Below, one piece after another: positions 37,554 through 64,000 of a stretch of DNA of 64,000 nt. The stretch lies in NCBI GenBank assembly GCA_964035545.1, contig OZ037765.1, positions 20,336,995-20,400,994 of the forward strand. The letters are read 5' to 3'. The notes under the pieces were generated by a model. That model ran no database searches and was not told the origin of the DNA. It saw nothing but the letters and a program-made list of their open reading frames with translations. Each line of letters opens with the position of its first letter. Position 1 is the stretch's first letter. The translations under genes and the position numbers were made by a program. Source of the stretch: Bugula neritina. Its lineage: Eukaryota > Animalia > Bryozoa.

Positions 37554-38380
37554 GGTGGCACTTCCTGTTTCTACTAAATAAAATAAAACCATTATGATCA
37601 ATTTCATAAAATAGTACATTGTTCAAATACATTTTAATACATCAATTATGTTACATCACATACTTTTAACACCAACTAGAATATATCAACTTTTTCTAAT
37701 GATTTAAGCTTTCCACTTGAACTTGTAGATTTTGATATAATAAAAATTGGAATTGGTAAACTGAACAATGCAATTTTTGGGTGAAGAGCTTTAAAAAATA
37801 ATTTACCAGAAAAAAAGTAGAAAAATACACAAGTAAATGTTGCAAAAATAAAAAATTAAAGGTACACTGTCACTCCATTGATGATAGCCTGTATTTTGGT
37901 GCTGGTAGTTTGGGTTCAAGGTTGGATAGCCAAGATTAACCCCCCAAACCAAACAATTCATATCAAGTTGCAAAGGAAATTCCCTCAAAGCGTAGAATCT
38001 TAATACATGTGCTGAGGGGTGGGGTTTACCATAATCAAGCTCCAATGAGTTCATTTTGGAAACTAGTATTTCCATACACTAGTGAAATTTATCACAATGA
38101 TACAGGAAACAACAGCTATAATGATATACTATTGGCTTGGGCATGTTTGGGCATGTTTGATCAATTACCCCCTTCATTTTCGAAATTAATTACAGTTAGA
38201 TATGATTTCAATGCCATCTATATTACCTATAGAGTTGTCTATGGCTATCAAAAGCAAGGTAAATTAAAATACATAGTCGTAATGAGTCAAAGTTACAGTA
38301 AGATCAACTCCTTATTCACAACTGTTTTTTATTTCCCAATATGAATTATAATATAATATGATCACTTATGAATCAAGACA

Positions 38381-38940
38381 GAATATCCAAGGCTTGGAAT
38401 CAGTGGAGAGAGCTGTCTGGTGTGCTCTGTGACAGGAAAATGCTCACAAAACTCAAAGTGTTGATTTACAAAATAGCTATCAGACCAACCTTACTATATG
38501 GAAATGAGACTTGGCCCATCACAAAACCTCTGGCGGACAAGATGTCATCATGCGAGATGCGCATGCTGCGATACAGTTTCAATGTCAGTTTAGAGGATCA
38601 TAAGCCAAATGAGGAAATGACAGCAGAAGCCAGAGTGATGCCGATTAAAGACCTGATGAGGAAAAGGCGAATGCAGTGGTATGGGCATGCTAGAAGAAGA
38701 GAAAGTGAGGAAGACATCCGGAGAGAGTCAGAGATGACAGTTGAAGGACTTCGACCAAGGGGTAGACCAAAGCAAAGATGGTGTGATACAATAAACTCAG
38801 ACCTTAGATGGCTTGATCTAGATGGAGCAGATGCTGAAGATGGAGTTTGATGGAGATGTCTGGTAGAACTTGGTATTAAGCAAAAACCCGCCACCCGCGC
38901 AGGACCACGGTGGTGAAAGGTGACCAAAGCCAAAGGTGAC
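38381..38940 (+). mobile_element. 5'-truncated RTE-clade LINE with 18-bp TSD, inside the inferred 5'-UTR intron of the Maf-like gene (antisense)
   Basis: TSD CACTTATGAATCAAGACA at 38363-38380 and 38941-38958. The translation has the RTE ORF2 C-terminal motifs WRELSGVLCDRK, IRPTLLYGNETW, EMRMLR, RMQWYGH and RPRGRPKQRW. There is an in-frame TGA at 38848-38850 before WRCLV and a short GGTGA(C)-repeat tail. Confidence 0.92.
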
Positions 38941-39367
38941 CACTTATGAATCAAGACAATTCAGCAATAACATTTGTAATTGCTAGTCATAATTAATATT
39001 ATTCATCATAATACTACCAGCGCTATTACTACTAGTATTAGTTACTAGTAGTATTAGTATTGTCCTACAAGCGCAGTATAAATGTATTAAAATTATGATT
39101 ATGACTATGCCGATGCGTATCAATATGAATACGAGTATAACGATCAAAATCACATTGACCAACAGCAACTGATTAAATACGATAGCAGTAACACTAGTAG
39201 TTATAGTAGTAGCCCCAATGGCATTAGAAATATATAAATTTAGTTTAATATTACCTTTGCCTGGTGCCCGATAGAACTTCTGGTAACTAGGCAACAAACT
39301 CACAAAGTCTAACTCAGTAACTGAAATCTTTTTCTTAGATTCTTAACGTCGTTTTCAACACACGTAC

Positions 39368-39790
39368 TTGCTTCTATTATTTGACAGTTTTGTCATGTAA
39401 TTACTTGCAGAGCTAGATTCGGTGTTATAAAGTCTTACTGGTTCTCAAATTGATGAGTTTTTTAATATTACACACCAACCCAACCAACTAGTTACCTAGC
39501 TGGAGTGAAGGTGTGGGAGCAATACCCGTGCGCGTGACGAGTCTCCGCTTATATAGTTCTTCAATTGCATGTTTAAACTCCAAAAGTTGTGCGTATATTT
39601 TGATTTACGTAACCGAATTACGAAAGGCGACATAACTTGCAACTAAATAAGCCAATGAAAATAAAGGATGAGAAATCTGGACTTTCCAATAGCAACTACG
39701 CAATAACTGTTTACTCGGACTATTATTTGAATGAGAAAAGACAACCCCTGCCTATTTTATTCAGTGACCAATCACGGTGACAGCAAAAAT
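39368..39790 (-). promoter_or_regulatory. Putative promoter and non-coding exon 1 of the Maf-like gene
   Basis: Minus-strand TATATAA at 39555-39549, perfect TTACGTAA palindrome at 39605-39612, CCAAT boxes near 39652 and 39768, local CpG enrichment, and donor AAGCAA|GTACGT at 39368. Confidence 0.55.
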
Positions 39791-41924
39791 CATTGAACTA
39801 TGACTATAGTTTCAGTTCAGTGGCTAAAATAATCAATAGCAAAATGGGATGCTGAATAGAAAATGGTACAAAGCAGTAATTTGCGTATACCTTAACTTTA
39901 TCATCAATCAATTTTAATATACGATATTTAGTGGTTGTTTCATATAAGTTATAACTGTATACAATATGCAGTTTAAAGCATCTTAGTGCCTTTATATTAT
40001 ATATGAGATAATAATAATAATGTATGTACATAATAAGTATTTGTACATCAGTGTTTCATGTAACTAAACCTGCCAAAAGTATACTTTAGTTCAATCACTG
40101 CAAATTATATATGGTAAAAATCCAAGGTGCTAATTACCAATAATTTCCATCTTTTCATAACATGGAACTCCTATCACACTTTCTACGTACCTAAATTTTA
40201 GTGTAGGCTATATATTATGAAGATAAAACTACCTGAAATTTCTAATTTATCCATATATTGTTCTCATTATAAAAAAATATCCTAGTCTGTGGGTGTAGGA
40301 ACTCTAAATGTTATAGACCTCTAGAACATGTCAGCAAAAATATTCATTCTCTAAGATTATTTCAATGCAATTAGAAAGGATTCATAATAAATACCCATTA
40401 TAATATGTGTTATTAGAAAAAAAATTATGCAGTGCCCTAAATGTTTATGAATGCATGTACCATGTATTGCATTGTATATTTTATGCAAATATAATTTGTA
40501 CCTTTGGTGCATATAAAAACAAGGCCATGCAGAGATACATGCATGTCAATTTAAGGTGTATCGATTTTGAGCATTGGAAGTAATTATAAGTTACTCCATA
40601 ATGAGACTCCACTCACTTTACAACAAATTTTAAGCATTTAAAACTGAGCTCTTTTACATCATAGTCATCCCAAATACTGTTCCACCTGAGCAATCAGTGC
40701 ATGGCTCATTTGTTTGCTCTAACCAATGGTGAATAAAAATCCAAATTGAAGTTGTTAAGAACTTCCAAATAAGTAGGGCCCCTACTTTGACTTTGAACAA
40801 ACTGTAATGGCTAAATTTTAGGCTACTTCCATGGGTATAACAACAAATAACTTGCCTTTAGGTGATCATCCTTTTAGTATCATGATTGATTGCAGTGATA
40901 CCATACTGAGATATTATAGGTTCAGTCTCTGCTGTTTGAAACAGACAATCCTCATTTCATTGCAATATATTGCAACAATTTTTTGTAACCAACAAAACAT
41001 GTTGAAAGTTGTTCAATATCAGAATTAATAGCAACATGTATATTTATTTGAGCATTTAGGTAATGATGCTTACAGCTTGCTTAATGTCTATATAACGTGT
41101 TGAATTAGTTTTGAATAAACTTACTTGAAGATTAGCATTTAACATGGAAAGAGTAAAGTTTTTACAGTTGCATGGCTCATAGGAGACAAGCTGTGTAACG
41201 TCTCATTATTATAAAATTGTGATGGAATATTCACTACATGTGTGGCAGAGATACTAACATTATGAAACAAAGGGACTGCGCTGCCGAGAACTGGGTTGAA
41301 AGTAATTTAAGGTTAAAAGGTCAGCATTAAACCCTAAATTTAAAACTCAAATATCCTATACTGTTATTACTAAAACACATGCATATTATTGTTAGTCAAG
41401 TGAACCTCTCTTTACCAATGCATTAGAGGAAAGTTTAGTAGAGTTTTGAGAATTATCTTCTCATTTTAACAATGAAGTTAGTAGATAACCTGGTATATGA
41501 TTTAGTAACCTTCAACATGTTTATAAAAATCATCTTAGTCCTATAACCTATATGAAATGCCATGTGAATGTGTTGTTTATGAGAGCCAAAAACCATAATA
41601 TTGTTTATTGCAGGGTTTGATTTCAGGGTGAAGAAGGCACAATTTAAAGTAAAAACTTAAATGAAACACAGCTGGTTTTTTTAAACTACCAAAAAACTAA
41701 ATTTGTCATGCAGCAATTATTAACTAGAATTTTAAATATCAAGTTTCACTATTTGGTATTATTTAGGACAGTCTGTTTAGTAAAAAATGTGATTATTAGC
41801 CTTTCTGTATAAGGTAGTAATTCATTTTAACTATCAAAATATAACAGCATAAATTTTGAAGGCTTATATATCTTGGAGTCATGTGCCCATAATACGTTGT
41901 TACACTAACTTTGGAATTATCTTT

Positions 41925-42368
41925 TGTAACTATAAATACGCGATTGCGTATATTCGGTAGCCAATCACAAACTAAATCGACGACAATGAGTTAAATGACA
42001 CGTGCTCTTCGCTATTGTAATGCTATACAACATAATTATGAACAATATTTTGTTAGTTATCAAGTTGAAAGTAAGCTACCTGTAGGGGTGCTGCGTAGTT
42101 GATGTTTGCACTTTGCTCGACATCAAGTTTGTAGTTGAATAAATATCGTTGTAAAAATTTTGCTAATCAGAACGTGCTTTAACTTACTTAGAGTCAACAT
42201 CGCTGTTTTTACAGTACTGTAAACTGTGTTTCAGCAATTTGTGTTACTGTGCTGTAACTTCAAATAACTTTCCTACTATAGTTAGTAGTTTACTATTACT
42301 ATTGGTATTACTACAGGATTATAACATACCAACATCCAACAGGTTTTGAAACTAATAAGAATATTGAG
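41925..42368 (+). promoter_or_regulatory. Putative EGFR promoter and non-coding first exon
   Basis: CpG-enriched patch with CCAAT (41961) and E-box CACGTG (41999-42004), and a strong donor GAG|GTAAGA at 42368. Confidence 0.45.
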
Positions 42369-43512
42369 GTAAGATGTCTTTTAGCTTATACTGATACTCA
42401 ACAAGTTGTCATTCTATAGAGCCATCATTGCCAGATGTCATGAGGTTGTATGTACCCTAAGAACCTTATGTTGCAGCTGTTTTATGTAGAATTGCTGTTA
42501 TATTATTAGGTATTGTACTAACTTTGACAAAGTACACTTATTATGTAATAATAATATTGTATTCAGTGTGTTAAAATTTGTAAGCTATGTCATCACAGAA
42601 AGTTGCATTAACTCAACTATTAACTACTAAGTAATGATGTTATTAACAAAACATAGCTATAGGTATTGTGCTATTGAAACTAAAAGTCATATTTTATTTT
42701 ATATCTAAATTCTTAAGCGAATTGATTATTGAAAAAGTAAAAGTAAATATTATGCTTGTAGAATCAACAGCCAGAATTCTAGCATTGCCAACGTTTTTTC
42801 ACTTCTTAAATTTTAGCTATGCTTATGGTGACGTAGAATATCCATGTCTTATATATCTTTATCTTAACTGCTTCAGGCCCATTCATTGAACAACAAGAAT
42901 GTATGAATTAGCTTATCAGGGCAATTCATATTTCCACTCATCATTTTTCACTTATAATTATAGCAGTTTATCTCAATTCTTGTGGTTGTAACCTCTTGTC
43001 TTAATTTAGAAATTCATTCTACAATGTGCATACCTGTGAGATACTTTTCAGTTTCGTTTTTGTATCACTATAGCCTGAGGATAATGTCATTTTTCCTTTA
43101 TGAAGGTAATACTAATTGTTTAGAGTAGTATGGAGTAGTAGGAAGTTAAGAATAGTAAAAGTTGCCGGAAACTTCTTTGAGGACTTAGTTTTTGAAATTT
43201 AAAAAGCTTTTTTGCATGTAGCCTATATTTACATCAAGCAAATAGAGTATCACTTAACTTAAAGCTTGGCACTCAAATTTGGCATAGAAAGTCACAAGGA
43301 AATGATTCACTTGGCTTTAGTTCTACGAATTTGGTTAAATTATCTGAGCTTTAATTGATATGAAAAGCTCTTTTCAGTTCTTTTCACTACCAAAATAATA
43401 TAATTTCATGAATCTGCATTAGCTCAGATACTGATAATATGTTTTCCTACTGATAATAACTTATTATCATATGATGTTTTCTAATAGGAATTATGGTGAA
43501 CACTCAATAAAG

Positions 43513-63680
<20,168 letters not shown>

Positions 63681-64000
63681 GAACCGATATTTTCCATCGA
63701 TAACTTAAAATTGAGTAATAAATCACCTATAAGTTACTCCTATATTTTCAGGCTAATCTGAAATCAGTATTTTGATATCGTATTGCGTATCTATGTTTGT
63801 ACACATACTTTTATTACAAGTTCTATTTGTGATACTCAATCTGCAGTCAGTGGCATGCATATTTCAGATAATTTTGTATTGTTTTGATATACATTTTATA
63901 CTTTTTGCAAGTTTACGCAAAAGCCATGCACTTCTGTTCTACCTACTAAAATGCTCTGGGCACAGGCATTTATTTTTTATTTGAATTTAAATTTCTCAAT

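Noticed and set aside
38598-38954. Minus-strand 118-aa ORF
   Set aside because: Antisense shadow of the RTE fragment.

Overview
AT-rich eukaryotic (invertebrate animal) genomic DNA with GT-AG introns. I reconstructed five protein-coding genes by hand from splice signals and reading-frame continuity. (1) CCDC112-like coiled-coil gene, minus strand, 3' end running off the window. (2) SLC28/CNT concentrative nucleoside transporter, plus strand, 12 coding exons, ~627 aa. (3) An unrecognised ~590-aa intrinsically disordered protein rich in short linear motifs, plus strand, 8 coding exons. (4) A divergent Maf-like bZIP factor with an intronless CDS, minus strand, ~206 aa. (5) A complete EGFR/ErbB receptor tyrosine kinase, plus strand, 23 coding exons, ~1426 aa. 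Mobile DNA includes a 5'-truncated RTE LINE with an 18-bp TSD, a CR1/L2-like LINE remnant, three copies of a tRNA-derived SINE (one full length with a 17-bp TSD) and several MITE/foldback elements. The most notable observations are: tandem arrays built from real splice sites in the SLC28 gene (12x branch point+acceptor, 3x donor); the orphan motif-rich scaffold near EGFR; the non-canonical Maf basic region; a HER2-like uORF, an alternative donor and a dimerisation-arm sequon in EGFR; and upstream AUGs near the start of every gene. All exon coordinates are manual and unverified by transcript data.
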